NCBI GenBank assembly: GCA_022775985.1
Contig: JALFIM010000071.1
Coordinates: 45,006 to 109,005 of the forward strand
DNA: 64,000 nt
Reading direction: 5' to 3'
Source: Prevotella sp.
Lineage (GTDB): Bacteria; Bacteroidota; Bacteroidia; Bacteroidales; Bacteroidaceae
This document shows positions 40,741 through 50,247 of the stretch, one piece after another. Below the pieces are notes generated by a model that was given only the letters and a program-made list of their open reading frames with translations, was not told the origin of the DNA and made no database searches. Numbering within the stretch: the first letter of the stretch is position 1; each line of letters starts with the position of its first letter. A program made the translations under genes and the position numbers.

Positions 40741-40830
40741 TTTCAAAACGGGCCGTTTTACATTGCGAAATGGGCCGTTTGGGCTTGCGAAATGGGCCGA
40801 ATCGCAGCGCGAAATGGCCCGTTTCGGAAA
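40741..40830. repeat. Palindromic 22-bp-unit repeat element, copy B
   Basis: Four units such as GCGAAATGGGCCGTTTGGGCTT and GCGAAATGGGCCGAATCGCAGC, between kdsC and maf. Confidence 0.88.
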
Positions 40831-40836
40831 GTGGTG

Positions 40837-41355
40837 TCACCACCCGAAAGCCTTGTTGTCGGCCATCCACTTGCCTTGGGCCCGCAACACCTGTTCTATG
40901 ATGTCGCGTGCGCATCCGTTGCCTCCTGCCATTTGGCACACGTATGTGCTTATGTCCTTTATCTCGCTGCACGCGTCAGACGGGCAGCAAGGGCATCCTA
41001 CGCGTTGCATCACCTGGTAGTCGGGTATGTCGTCGCCTACGTATATCACTTCGTCATCGGTGAGTCCGTATTTGCTTAGAAACTCATCATAGGTGATGAT
41101 TTTCACGGCGCAGCCCATATTCACGTCCTTTACCCCGAGGCCTTCGTACCGTTTCCTTACAGACTCGGTGTTGCCTCCCGTGATAATGGCTATTCTCAGG
41201 CCGAGTTTCATGGCCAGTTGTATGGCATAGCCGTCCTTGATATTGACGGTGCGCATGGGCTCGCCTGTCGTAGACATGGGTATGGTGGCGGTAGACAGTA
41301 CTCCGTCTACGTCGAACACTATGGCCTTTATCTTCTTCAGATCGTAATTTATCAT
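40837..41355 (-). CDS. kdsC: KDO-8-phosphate phosphatase (HAD)
   Basis: [36 protein letters not shown]. Confidence 0.9.
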   Translation of the reverse strand: MINYDLKKIKAIVFDVDGVLSTATIPMSTTGEPMRTVNIKDGYAIQLAMKLGLRIAIITGGNTESVRKRYEGLGVKDVNMGCAVKIITYDEFLSKYGLTDDEVIYVGDDIPDYQVMQRVGCPCCPSDACSEIKDISTYVCQMAGGNGCARDIIEQVLRAQGKWMADNKAFGW

Positions 41356-41463
41356 GTTGTGGTTTGTTGAAATAGTTTGCTTGATTGATGATATGCGGCA
41401 TGACCATCAGCACGGCATTTGACGGATGGATGTGCGTGCGGTGAGGCTACGGGAGCCGCATGG

Positions 41464-42234
41464 TCAGCTATGTCTGTCGTGTATTCCGGCAGACATAAGC
41501 CTGTATATGTCTTGCCACTTGGGTTTGTCCGAGAGCAAGTCCAGTTGGCGTTGCATTACACCCTTGTCGTATCTCACGGCAGGGCCTGTCTGTGCCTCGA
41601 AGGGGGAAAACTCTCTCAGCTTGGCTACCGACTCCTCTATGAGCGGTGTGAAGTCGCTGAAGGGGATGCCCTTTTCTCCGACTATGGCCGCCGCGATGTC
41701 GTAGCAGTAGTTGGTGAAGTTGCAGGCGAACACGGCTGCAAGGTGCAGATAGCGGCGGTCTTGGCTCGTCATCTCCCTTACATTGCCGAATATGCTGGCA
41801 GCAAGGGCGTTGATTTCGTGGAGTGTGGCTTCGTCTGAGCCTTCGGTGTAGCATGGTACGCGCCGCAAGTCCATGGACTTGGCTTTGGAGAATGTCTGCA
41901 TGGGGTACATCACACCATATCTGGTGGCATGTCCTCTGAGTATGTCTATAGGCACACTGCCAGCCGTATGTGCGTATATGGCATTGTCGTTGAGTGGGCC
42001 TATGGCATTTATAATATGTGCTATGGCATCATCGCAGACGGATATGATGAACATGTCGGTATCTGCTCTGACATCGGCCAGACTGGTGGTGTATGTGGCC
42101 GCCACCTTGTCGGCAAGTAGTTTGGCCGACTGCTCCGTGCGGCTGTACACTTGTGTTATCTCATTACCATTGGCCCTCAAGGCCTGTGCCAGATGTGTCG
42201 CGACATTTCCGGCTCCTATAAATGTTATTCTCAT
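41464..42234 (-). CDS. Rossmann-like plus DUF2520 oxidoreductase-like protein
   Basis: IGAGNVATHLA, HTAGS, YPMQTFSK, HLAAVFACNF, QTGPAVRYD. Confidence 0.88.
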   Translation of the reverse strand: MRITFIGAGNVATHLAQALRANGNEITQVYSRTEQSAKLLADKVAATYTTSLADVRADTDMFIISVCDDAIAHIINAIGPLNDNAIYAHTAGSVPIDILRGHATRYGVMYPMQTFSKAKSMDLRRVPCYTEGSDEATLHEINALAASIFGNVREMTSQDRRYLHLAAVFACNFTNYCYDIAAAIVGEKGIPFSDFTPLIEESVAKLREFSPFEAQTGPAVRYDKGVMQRQLDLLSDKPKWQDIYRLMSAGIHDRHS

Positions 42235-42331
42235 CGTGTATGTCCTGTGCTATGATACAAAATTAAGCAAATTTGTCAAATAACGGTTGCTAAAGAGTCA
42301 TTAATTAGAAAAGAATTGCTATTTTTGCCGT

Positions 42332-43309
42332 ATGAATGATGTCAGTGTACGGTTAATAACACGCAGTGGCGACCTGCCTGTGATGCAATGTCGCAATTTT
42401 TTCCACAGCGTGGCTTTCTTCAAGATTCTTGAGGGCACTTCCGGCATGACACCGTGCATGGCTGTCGTACAGAATGGCATCGGGGAGGTGGTAGCCCACA
42501 TGCTGGCGGTAATCAGCCGCCGCCGTACACTGCTGCCACCGTTTCTCTTCAGGTTTGCCCACGTGTATGGTGAGGGCGAGTATGAGGAGGGCACTGATGT
42601 CAAGTCGGTGTTCTCTCGGATGCTTGAGGCCCTCACGTCAAGGTTCCGTCGCGCCATGTGCCTGTACTGTGAGTTCAGCGAGCTCAGTAGCAAGATGTTC
42701 GGCTACGGTGCCTTTAGGGCGAATGGGTATTTCCCTATACCGTGGCAGGAAGTGCACAACTCCCTTCACAGCATGCACCCTGACAACCGCCTTGGGGAGC
42801 GTATACAGAGGCGTGTGGCGGCATCGCATCGCTATGGGGTACAGACTGCGCCTTCGGACAGCGATGCTGACACTGCCGCATACATCAAGCTGCTGCGTCG
42901 GTATTTCAAGTTCAAGTCGCGTAGGCACATACCTTCAAATACTCTTTTTCAGACACTTGCCGCTACGAAAAACGGCGTGAATATAGTGACGAAGCTCAAA
43001 GGGCGGGTCATCGGCGGCTGCACCATGGTGTTCTCCGGGCGCAATGCCTATATGTGGTTTATGGCATCGCGCCGCAAGTCATACCATTTCTGCTACCCGG
43101 CAGAGCAGACGGTCATCGGAGCTTTGAGGTATGCCTACGACAAAGGCTACGACCACATGTTCTTCCTTGATGCCGGGCTGCCGTTCAAACGGAGTCCTTA
43201 CCGCGAGTTCGTGATGAGCTTCGGGGGCAAGCCTGTAGCCAAGTACCACTGGTTCAAGTTTCCGCTGCCTTGGCTTAACAGGGTGTACTCCTGGCTATAT
43301 AACGAGTGA
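42332..43309 (+). CDS. GNAT/FemAB-like acyltransferase family protein
   Basis: Two GNAT-like halves; C-terminal FLDAGLP...FVMSFGGK. Confidence 0.6.
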   Translation: MNDVSVRLITRSGDLPVMQCRNFFHSVAFFKILEGTSGMTPCMAVVQNGIGEVVAHMLAVISRRRTLLPPFLFRFAHVYGEGEYEEGTDVKSVFSRMLEALTSRFRRAMCLYCEFSELSSKMFGYGAFRANGYFPIPWQEVHNSLHSMHPDNRLGERIQRRVAASHRYGVQTAPSDSDADTAAYIKLLRRYFKFKSRRHIPSNTLFQTLAATKNGVNIVTKLKGRVIGGCTMVFSGRNAYMWFMASRRKSYHFCYPAEQTVIGALRYAYDKGYDHMFFLDAGLPFKRSPYREFVMSFGGKPVAKYHWFKFPLPWLNRVYSWLYNE

Positions 43310-43359
43310 GGGCCGGCGATACTTTACAGAACACATATATAATATAAAAAACACACATT

Positions 43360-43929
43360 ATGAGAAAACTAAAGGAACGGATACTTAAAGACGGCAAGTG
43401 CTATCCTGGCGGCATCCTTAAAGTAGACAAGTTCATCAATCATCAGATGGACCCGAACCTGATGAAGGACATCGCCGTGGAGCTGATACGCCGTTTCGCT
43501 GCTTCCGAGGTCAACAAGATTATCACCATAGAGGCTTCGGGCATCGCCCCTGCCATAATGATGGGATTCCTGCTCAATCTGCCCGTGGTATTTGCGAAGA
43601 AGAAGAAACCAAGCACCATGGGCGACATGTATGTCACTACCGTATCTTCGTTTACTAAGCAGCGCGATTATACGGTGGTCATCAGCAAGGAGTATCTCAA
43701 GAAGGGTGACAAAGTGCTGTTCGTAGACGACTTCCTGGCCAACGGCAACGCAGCCAAGGGCATAATAGACCTCGTGACACAGGCAGGAGCAGAGCTCGTG
43801 GGCATGGGATTCATCATAGAGAAGGCGTTTCAGGATGGAGGTGAGTATCTGCGCAAGCGTGGCATACATGTGGAGTCGCTCGCGATAATAGAGTCGCTGG
43901 ACGACTGCCGTATAAAGATAAGAGACTGA
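43360..43929 (+). CDS. xpt: Xanthine phosphoribosyltransferase
   Basis: [30 protein letters not shown]. Confidence 0.93.
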   Translation: MRKLKERILKDGKCYPGGILKVDKFINHQMDPNLMKDIAVELIRRFAASEVNKIITIEASGIAPAIMMGFLLNLPVVFAKKKKPSTMGDMYVTTVSSFTKQRDYTVVISKEYLKKGDKVLFVDDFLANGNAAKGIIDLVTQAGAELVGMGFIIEKAFQDGGEYLRKRGIHVESLAIIESLDDCRIKIRD

Positions 43930-44101
43930 CGACGGGGCGCACGTCTTGCGTATGGTGTAGTGCCAGCCTTTCCTCTCATGTGCATGGCACCGCTCGTGGC
44001 AAAAGCATGCCATGCGGTGCGTGTGGTAATTTTCTTCTATATAAAATTGCGTGTTTGGCAGAAAATTCATACATTTGCAATAAAATAGAAAAATCAGGAA
44101 G

Positions 44102-44710
44102 ATGAAGCTTGTGATAATGACCAAGTCCACGTTTTTCGTGGAGGAAGACAAGATACTTGCGGCTCTCTTCGAACATGGGATGGACAATCTGCACCTATAT
44201 AAATATGAATCGTCGCCAATGTATGCCGAGAGGCTGTTGTCTTTATTGCCTGACGACAGCTACGACAAGATAACGGTGCATGACCATTTCTATCTGAAGG
44301 AGGAATATGGGCTTGCGGGAATACATCTTGACAGCGTGGACGCGTCGGTGCCTGACGGCTATCGCGGTCGGCGTGGGCGCTCGTGCAACGACCTGCGGCT
44401 GTTGCGGGAGGCTAAGAAAAATGCCAATTACGTGTTTCTTCACAATGTGTTTGACGGTATCTCAGACAGTTCGGAGAAGGCAAGTTTCAGCATGGCACAG
44501 CTTGAGAAGGCCGCTGATGACGGACTCATTGACAAGAAGGTGTATGCCATGGGTGGCATGAGTCTGGCGAATGTGCGTATGGCACGTGAGCTTGGTTTCG
44601 GTGGAGTAGTGATACGTGGAGATATCTGGAACAGGTTTGACATACACAACCAGACAGACTACAAGGAAGTGCTAAGCCACTTTGACAAACTCCGCAAGGC
44701 GACAGATTAG
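44102..44710 (+). CDS. Thiamine phosphate synthase-like (TenI/ThiE fold)
   Basis: VHDHFYL, GIHL, YAMGG; Bacteroidetes-type short form. Confidence 0.7.
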   Translation: MKLVIMTKSTFFVEEDKILAALFEHGMDNLHLYKYESSPMYAERLLSLLPDDSYDKITVHDHFYLKEEYGLAGIHLDSVDASVPDGYRGRRGRSCNDLRLLREAKKNANYVFLHNVFDGISDSSEKASFSMAQLEKAADDGLIDKKVYAMGGMSLANVRMARELGFGGVVIRGDIWNRFDIHNQTDYKEVLSHFDKLRKATD

Positions 44711-44744
44711 GAAAATCGTTATTTCAACAATAATCACAATTTCA

Positions 44745-45689
44745 ATGGAAATGAGTGCAAACAACTCTTTTTTGGTTTTCTCGGGTACAAACACGAGATA
44801 CCTGGCAGAAAAAATCTGCGCAAGTTTAGGCTGTCCATTAGGCAATCTGGTGGTCACCAAATTCTCTGACGGAGAATTCGCCGTGTCCTATGAGGAGTCA
44901 ATCCGTGGACGCGATGTGTTCTTGGTGCAGAGCACATTCCCTAATTCGGACAACCTCATGGAGCTCCTCCTGATGATTGATGCCGCAAAGCGTGCTTCGG
45001 CCCGTCACATCATCGCCGTAGTGCCTTACTTCGGATGGGCTCGTCAGGACCGCAAGGACAAGCCGAGAGTAAGCATCGGTGCCAAACTTGTAGCCGACCT
45101 GTTGAGCGCTGCCGGTATCGACCGTCTTATCACCATGGATCTCCATGCTGACCAGATACAGGGATTCTTCGATGTGCCTGTTGACCATCTCTATGCATCA
45201 GGCGTTATCCTGCCTTATCTTCAGAGCCTCCATATCAAGGATTTGGTGATAGCATCGCCTGACGTTGGCGGTTCGAAGCGTGCCAGCACATTCGCTAAGT
45301 ACCTCGGTTGTCCGCTCGTGCTTTGCAACAAGACACGTGCAAGGGCCAATGTGGTGGAGAGCATGCAGATTATCGGTGATGTGAAGGACAAGAATGTGGT
45401 GATTGTTGATGATATGGTTGACACCGCAGGCACTATCACCAAGGCTGCTGACATCATGAAGGCTGCAGGCGCGAAGAGCGTAAGGGCGTGTGCATCTCAT
45501 TGCGTCATGAGCGGTCCTGCGTCAGAGCGTGTGCAGAACTCCGCACTCGAGGAGATAGTGTTTACTGACTCTATTCCCTACTCAAACCGCTGTGCTAAGG
45601 TCAAGCAGCTGTCGGTAGCCGACATGTTCGCAGAGACTATACGCCGCGTGGTGTGCAACGAGAGCATCAGCTCGCAGTATCTCGTATAG
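44745..45689 (+). CDS. prs: Ribose-phosphate pyrophosphokinase
   Basis: KFSDGE, PYFGWARQDRK, MDLHADQIQGFF, SPDVGG, VDDMVDTAGT. Confidence 0.97.
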   Translation: MEMSANNSFLVFSGTNTRYLAEKICASLGCPLGNLVVTKFSDGEFAVSYEESIRGRDVFLVQSTFPNSDNLMELLLMIDAAKRASARHIIAVVPYFGWARQDRKDKPRVSIGAKLVADLLSAAGIDRLITMDLHADQIQGFFDVPVDHLYASGVILPYLQSLHIKDLVIASPDVGGSKRASTFAKYLGCPLVLCNKTRARANVVESMQIIGDVKDKNVVIVDDMVDTAGTITKAADIMKAAGAKSVRACASHCVMSGPASERVQNSALEEIVFTDSIPYSNRCAKVKQLSVADMFAETIRRVVCNESISSQYLV

Positions 45690-45731
45690 GATATAGCAGG
45701 CAGACATTTTCTGAAAGAGAATACGTATATG

Positions 45732-45873
45732 ACCGCAGGTCTCGTGAGTATCGCGAACGGGACTTGCGGTAATACATAAAAGCGGCAGCCGTCTTTAAGT
45801 AAGAAGCGGACAGATGAGGCCATTGATGTGGCTGATGTCCGTAACACTTAAAAGACGGCTGCCGTTTTTTTAT
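45732..45873. terminator. Two adjacent long hairpins between convergent genes
   Basis: ACCGCAGGTCTCG/CGGGACTTGCGGT and AAAAGCGGCAGCCGTCTTTAAGT/ACTTAAAAGACGGCTGCCGTTTT. Confidence 0.6.
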
Positions 45874-45942
45874 GTCTTTTTGTTTGTATTGTAGTGTGTT
45901 TTTTGCTTGTATTGTAGTGTCGGGGCGGAGCGCAAGCAGAGG

Positions 45943-46740
45943 TCACTTCATTATGGCATACTTGCTCACCTTGCCATTGAAACTTACCACCATCTCCACG
46001 AGGTAGCTTGTCATAGTGTCGGGAATGGCAAGTGTGGCGATGTAGTGGAATCCGGCTTTGTCTATCTTATTGAGCGATAAGTCGCTGAAAACGGTTTGGC
46101 TCAATATTTCATTGCTCAGCACTTTGCTGAATTCTCTTTTCAATACGTTGCGTGAGAATACCTTGTTACCTTCCTGGAAGATGCTCAAGTGCAGAATGTT
46201 GTCGTAGTAGACATTGTCTACTTCTACGCCGTTGTCGTTGTAGCTGGCCTTGATTACCTTGTAAGTGGTGGGATTCACCTGCACGTAGCAGTGATAGCGT
46301 TTGTCATTGAAACTTACTATCGTGTCACGCTTCACTATCCTGTTCTGGTTGATAGAGAGGGTGGTGTTCTGCCGGTCGAATATGTGTAGATATGATTTGT
46401 CGTCAGACTTGACGAGCCTTATCTGTTCTCCATTTTGGTTGGTGAATACGAACAGGTGCGGTGTGCGCTTGGATATGGGGTATGCTATCCTGTTGGCCCC
46501 ACATAGATAGAACGTGTCATTCCTGACAATGAAGCGCATGGGCATACTCGTTGAGTCGGGGAAATATACGGAGTCGCCCTTTATTCTGAAGAACACGTCC
46601 TCCCCGTCGCCGTCAAGCCATACGCCTTGTAGCCCTTTCTTGGCCGTGAGGTCCTCTTGCTCGGTCTTTTGTCTTTGCCCATTGCCGCATCCTATGCAGA
46701 CCATGGCAAATACTACAAAAACAATATTTAATCTATTCAT
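45943..46740 (-). CDS. Lipoprotein of unknown function (DUF4738-like)
   Basis: Lipobox CIGC; motifs YVQVNPTTYKV, VYYDNI. Confidence 0.7.
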   Translation of the reverse strand: MNRLNIVFVVFAMVCIGCGNGQRQKTEQEDLTAKKGLQGVWLDGDGEDVFFRIKGDSVYFPDSTSMPMRFIVRNDTFYLCGANRIAYPISKRTPHLFVFTNQNGEQIRLVKSDDKSYLHIFDRQNTTLSINQNRIVKRDTIVSFNDKRYHCYVQVNPTTYKVIKASYNDNGVEVDNVYYDNILHLSIFQEGNKVFSRNVLKREFSKVLSNEILSQTVFSDLSLNKIDKAGFHYIATLAIPDTMTSYLVEMVVSFNGKVSKYAIMK

Positions 46741-46918
46741 AAATGCTTGTATATGGAGTCATTGTAGAAGGGCGGCGTATGTGATTGTGCCCGTGCCTTC
46801 GTTCGTATCCTTCCTTGCTGTTGGCATCCACGGTTTGTCGTACCTTGTCGTCTCTTGTGTGGATGATCGTGTTCGCCACGCTATTAATATGTGGCGCCTT
46901 GGTGTTGGTATGCCAGTG

Positions 46919-48235
46919 TCAGCGGCCTATGCAGTGGTATTCAAAACCTAATCCACGCAACTCCTCTGCATCGAATATGTTGCGACCGTCGAGGATGAGA
47001 GCACGGTTCATCATTGATTTTATCCTGTTCCATTCGGGCAGTCTGAACTCCTTCCATTCCGTCAGCAGCAGCAGCGCGTCGGTGCCATTGACAGCATCGT
47101 ACATGTCATTGCAGTAGGTCACAGCGTCTCCGATGCGTCTCTTGCACTCATTCATGGCAATGGGGTCGTAAACCTTCAGCTTGCATCCGGCATTGAGGAG
47201 CAAGTCTATCATGACGAGGGCGGTAGATTCGCGCATGTCATCGGTCTCAGGCTTGAATGCGAGCCCCCATAGCGTCACGGTCTTTCCGCAGAGAGATTCG
47301 CCGTGCATGGCATTTTGCAGCTTCTTGAAGAGAATGCTTTTCTGGCTCATGTTGACAGACTCTACGGCCTTGAGTACTTCCATGGGGTAGCCGTTGTCAT
47401 TGGCTGTCTTGATGAGGGCCTTGACGTCTTTCGGGAAACAAGACCCGCCGTAACCGCAGCCTGGGTACAGGAATTTTCTGCCTATGCGTGCATCACTTCC
47501 TATCCCGTCGCGCACCATATTGACATCGGCACCTACGAGTTCGCACAGGTTCGCAATGTCGTTCATGAATGATATTCTGGTGGCGAGCATGGAGTTAGCT
47601 GCATATTTCGTCATCTCCGCACTCGGTATGTCCATGAAAATGACGCGGAAGTTCACCACCATGAAAGGCTTGTACAATTTGGTGAGCAGTTGCTTGGCCC
47701 TGTCGCTGTCAACGCCTACCACCACGCGGTCGGGGCTCATGAAGTCTTTTATGGCACTTCCTTCTTTCAGAAACTCCGGGTTGCTGGCTACATCGAAGTC
47801 GATGTCTACATTGCGTTTCGCCAACTCGTTGCTGATGGTGTTGCGGATCTTCTGCGCCGTGCCTACGGGAACGGTGCTTTTCGTCACTACTACGACATAG
47901 CGGTTGAGGTTCTGCCCGATGGTCTTGGCTACTTGCAGCACGTATCTCAAGTCGGCAGATCCGTCCTCATCGGGTGGCGTGCCTACTGCTGAGAATACTA
48001 TATCCTGCTCATTGAGCACCTCTTCAAGCGAAGTCGTGAACTTGAGTCGTCCTGCTGCGTAGTTCTTGGCTACCAATTCGTCGAGGCCAGGCTCATATAT
48101 CGGGATGATGCCCTTCTTGAGATTCGCTATCTTTGTGGCATCAACGTCTACACATGTTACGTTGACTCCTGTGTCGGCGAAGCATGCTCCTGTCACCAAG
48201 CCTACGTAACCCGTTCCAACTATTGCTATATTCAT
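46919..48235 (-). CDS. ugd: UDP-glucose 6-dehydrogenase
   Basis: VGTGYVGL, KSTVPVGT, NPEFLKEG, GYGGSCFPKD, AFKPETDDMRES. Confidence 0.95.
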   Translation of the reverse strand: MNIAIVGTGYVGLVTGACFADTGVNVTCVDVDATKIANLKKGIIPIYEPGLDELVAKNYAAGRLKFTTSLEEVLNEQDIVFSAVGTPPDEDGSADLRYVLQVAKTIGQNLNRYVVVVTKSTVPVGTAQKIRNTISNELAKRNVDIDFDVASNPEFLKEGSAIKDFMSPDRVVVGVDSDRAKQLLTKLYKPFMVVNFRVIFMDIPSAEMTKYAANSMLATRISFMNDIANLCELVGADVNMVRDGIGSDARIGRKFLYPGCGYGGSCFPKDVKALIKTANDNGYPMEVLKAVESVNMSQKSILFKKLQNAMHGESLCGKTVTLWGLAFKPETDDMRESTALVMIDLLLNAGCKLKVYDPIAMNECKRRIGDAVTYCNDMYDAVNGTDALLLLTEWKEFRLPEWNRIKSMMNRALILDGRNIFDAEELRGLGFEYHCIGR

Positions 48236-48438
48236 GTCGTTTGATTTAATCTTTTATCGTGTTTTGGGAATAAATGCCTTGAATGTTTTGGCGTGTCCCG
48301 TTGTACATGTGTCTGAAAACAATGCAAATATAACGCTTTTAAGTTGAATGGCAAAACAATATCTCGATTTTCGGATGCGGCTGCTAAAAATGGTGGATAA
48401 AAGTTGGCCGTCTCACTATTATTTCTTAATTTTGCAAT

Positions 48439-49452
48439 GTGATGGATATTGAAAAACATATAGTGAAGTTGCTGTTAAGCAACGACTGCGTTATAGTTCC
48501 CGACTTCGGAGGTTTCATGGCTCACCACCTTGATGCTTACTATGATGAGGGGGACAAGCGATTCTATCCTCCGCGTAGGATGATAGGATTTAACCCACAG
48601 CTGATGATGAACGACTCGCTGTTGGCACAGTCGCTCGTGGAGGCTTGTGATATGAGCTACCCGGAGGCTATGAGTGCCATAGAGCGTGATGTGTGTGAGT
48701 TGAGGCACATCCTTGAGACGAGAGGGGAATATGCCATAAGTGGTATAGGTGTACTGATACTGACGGCTGACGGTAAGTATGACTTCAAACCGTGCGATGC
48801 TGGATTGCTTACACCATCGTTGTATGGTCTTGACGTTTTGGATGTGCAGAAGGTCGGTTGTGGAGCATTGGAGCTACAGCTGCCGTTGGACGAAACAGAA
48901 GAAATAGCAGAGGAAAAAGAGACACTTCCTAAGACAAAGTATTTCCCCATGTGGCTCTTGCGTGATGTCGCAGCAGCTTGTATCGCAATAGCCGTGTTCC
49001 TTCTTGTGCCTAAGAACAACAGCGTAAGAAATGATGCGCCTACAACTGCCAGCGAGGCCAGTGCGTCTATTCTGATGGGCGTGATGCCGCAGGCAGCATC
49101 CACGGCTACATCAAAACCAGCAATCCTTGCCCTTAGAGACAAGGTTGATAATGAGAAAGAAAACATTTCGGTTTCTGATACGACGGTTTCACGGCAAGAG
49201 AAAGTGGCGGAGCAAAAGCGTCAAGGCTATTTTACCATCGTGTTGGCAAGTAGGGTGTCGCGTAAGGGGGCTGAAGCCTATGTGCGGCAACTGAATGGAG
49301 AGGGCTACCGTGATGTGTCGATAGAAGGCGCCGGGACTACAATAAAAGTCGTGTATGGCAAGTTTGACAGCAAGGAGAAAGCCCAGAAATGTTTGCGGCA
49401 GTTGATAGACCGTCAGGAGTTTGCTGATTGTTGGGTGAAGTTTATTGATTGA
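48439..49452 (+). CDS. HU/CCDC81-like N-terminus, TM, C-terminal SPOR domain
   Basis: LLLSNDCVIVPDFGGF...FNPQLMMNDSLL; C-terminal YFTIVLAS...KVVYGKF. Confidence 0.78.
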   Translation: MMDIEKHIVKLLLSNDCVIVPDFGGFMAHHLDAYYDEGDKRFYPPRRMIGFNPQLMMNDSLLAQSLVEACDMSYPEAMSAIERDVCELRHILETRGEYAISGIGVLILTADGKYDFKPCDAGLLTPSLYGLDVLDVQKVGCGALELQLPLDETEEIAEEKETLPKTKYFPMWLLRDVAAACIAIAVFLLVPKNNSVRNDAPTTASEASASILMGVMPQAASTATSKPAILALRDKVDNEKENISVSDTTVSRQEKVAEQKRQGYFTIVLASRVSRKGAEAYVRQLNGEGYRDVSIEGAGTTIKVVYGKFDSKEKAQKCLRQLIDRQEFADCWVKFID

Positions 49453-49997
49453 AAAAGACTGGAATGAAAAGAGTTAGATGCCCAAAGTGTGACAATTTTA
49501 TCACTTTCGACGAGACAAAATATACCGATGGACAATCGCTTGTGTTCGCATGCCCTACTTGTGGCAAGCAATTCGGTATAAGAATAGGATTGTCAAAGCT
49601 CCGTGACCGTGTGAAGGATGAGAAACCAGAGGATTTAGTCGCTGACAAGTCGTGTGGCAGTATTGTCGTCATAGAGAACGTATTTCATTATAAGCAAGTG
49701 CTTCCCTTGAAGATGGGCGATAACTCTATCGGCCGTTACATGAAGGGTAGTGGGGTGGATTGCCCTATTGAGACAAATGACCCGAGCATAGACATGCATC
49801 ACTGCTATATCAACGTGAGCCGTGACAAAAAAGGAAAATTGAAATATGTGCTTAGAGATGGGCCGAGCAATACGGGTACTTTCGTTGATAATGAGATTCT
49901 GGGTGACCGTGAGAGACGCGTGGTCAGTGATGGGACTTTATTCACGATTGGGGCCACGAGCGTGATATTGCGTGAGGCTGAAAGCAAGGAGGAATAA
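49449..49997 (+). CDS. Zinc-ribbon plus FHA domain protein
   Basis: CPKC...CPTC; IGR, HC, SNTGTFV. Confidence 0.8.
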   Translation: MKKTGMKRVRCPKCDNFITFDETKYTDGQSLVFACPTCGKQFGIRIGLSKLRDRVKDEKPEDLVADKSCGSIVVIENVFHYKQVLPLKMGDNSIGRYMKGSGVDCPIETNDPSIDMHHCYINVSRDKKGKLKYVLRDGPSNTGTFVDNEILGDRERRVVSDGTLFTIGATSVILREAESKEE

Positions 49998-50074
49998 TGT
50001 GACCGTATGTGTTGGTTTCTCTAAAGCGTAAATTTATTTAAACCGAAACTATTGCTATTTCAATTGGTTTATAT

Positions 50075-50214
50075 TATCTTTGCACGAGATAAGCTGCGGC
50101 TCGGCAATTGAGACAAGTTTCATTGCTCTCGCACTTGCAATATCTTTGCATAAGATAGGTCGCACCTCAACAATCAAAGCAAGTTCTATTGCATTTAGTT
50201 TGTACTATCCTTTG
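50075..50214 (+). repeat. Tandem 65-66-bp imperfect units each starting with TATCTTTG
   Basis: Boxes at 50075, 50141 and a variant at 50206; internal hairpin in each of the two full units. Confidence 0.65.
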
Positions 50215-50247
50215 TAGACGTTTAAATTAAAAAATGTATTTGTAAAC

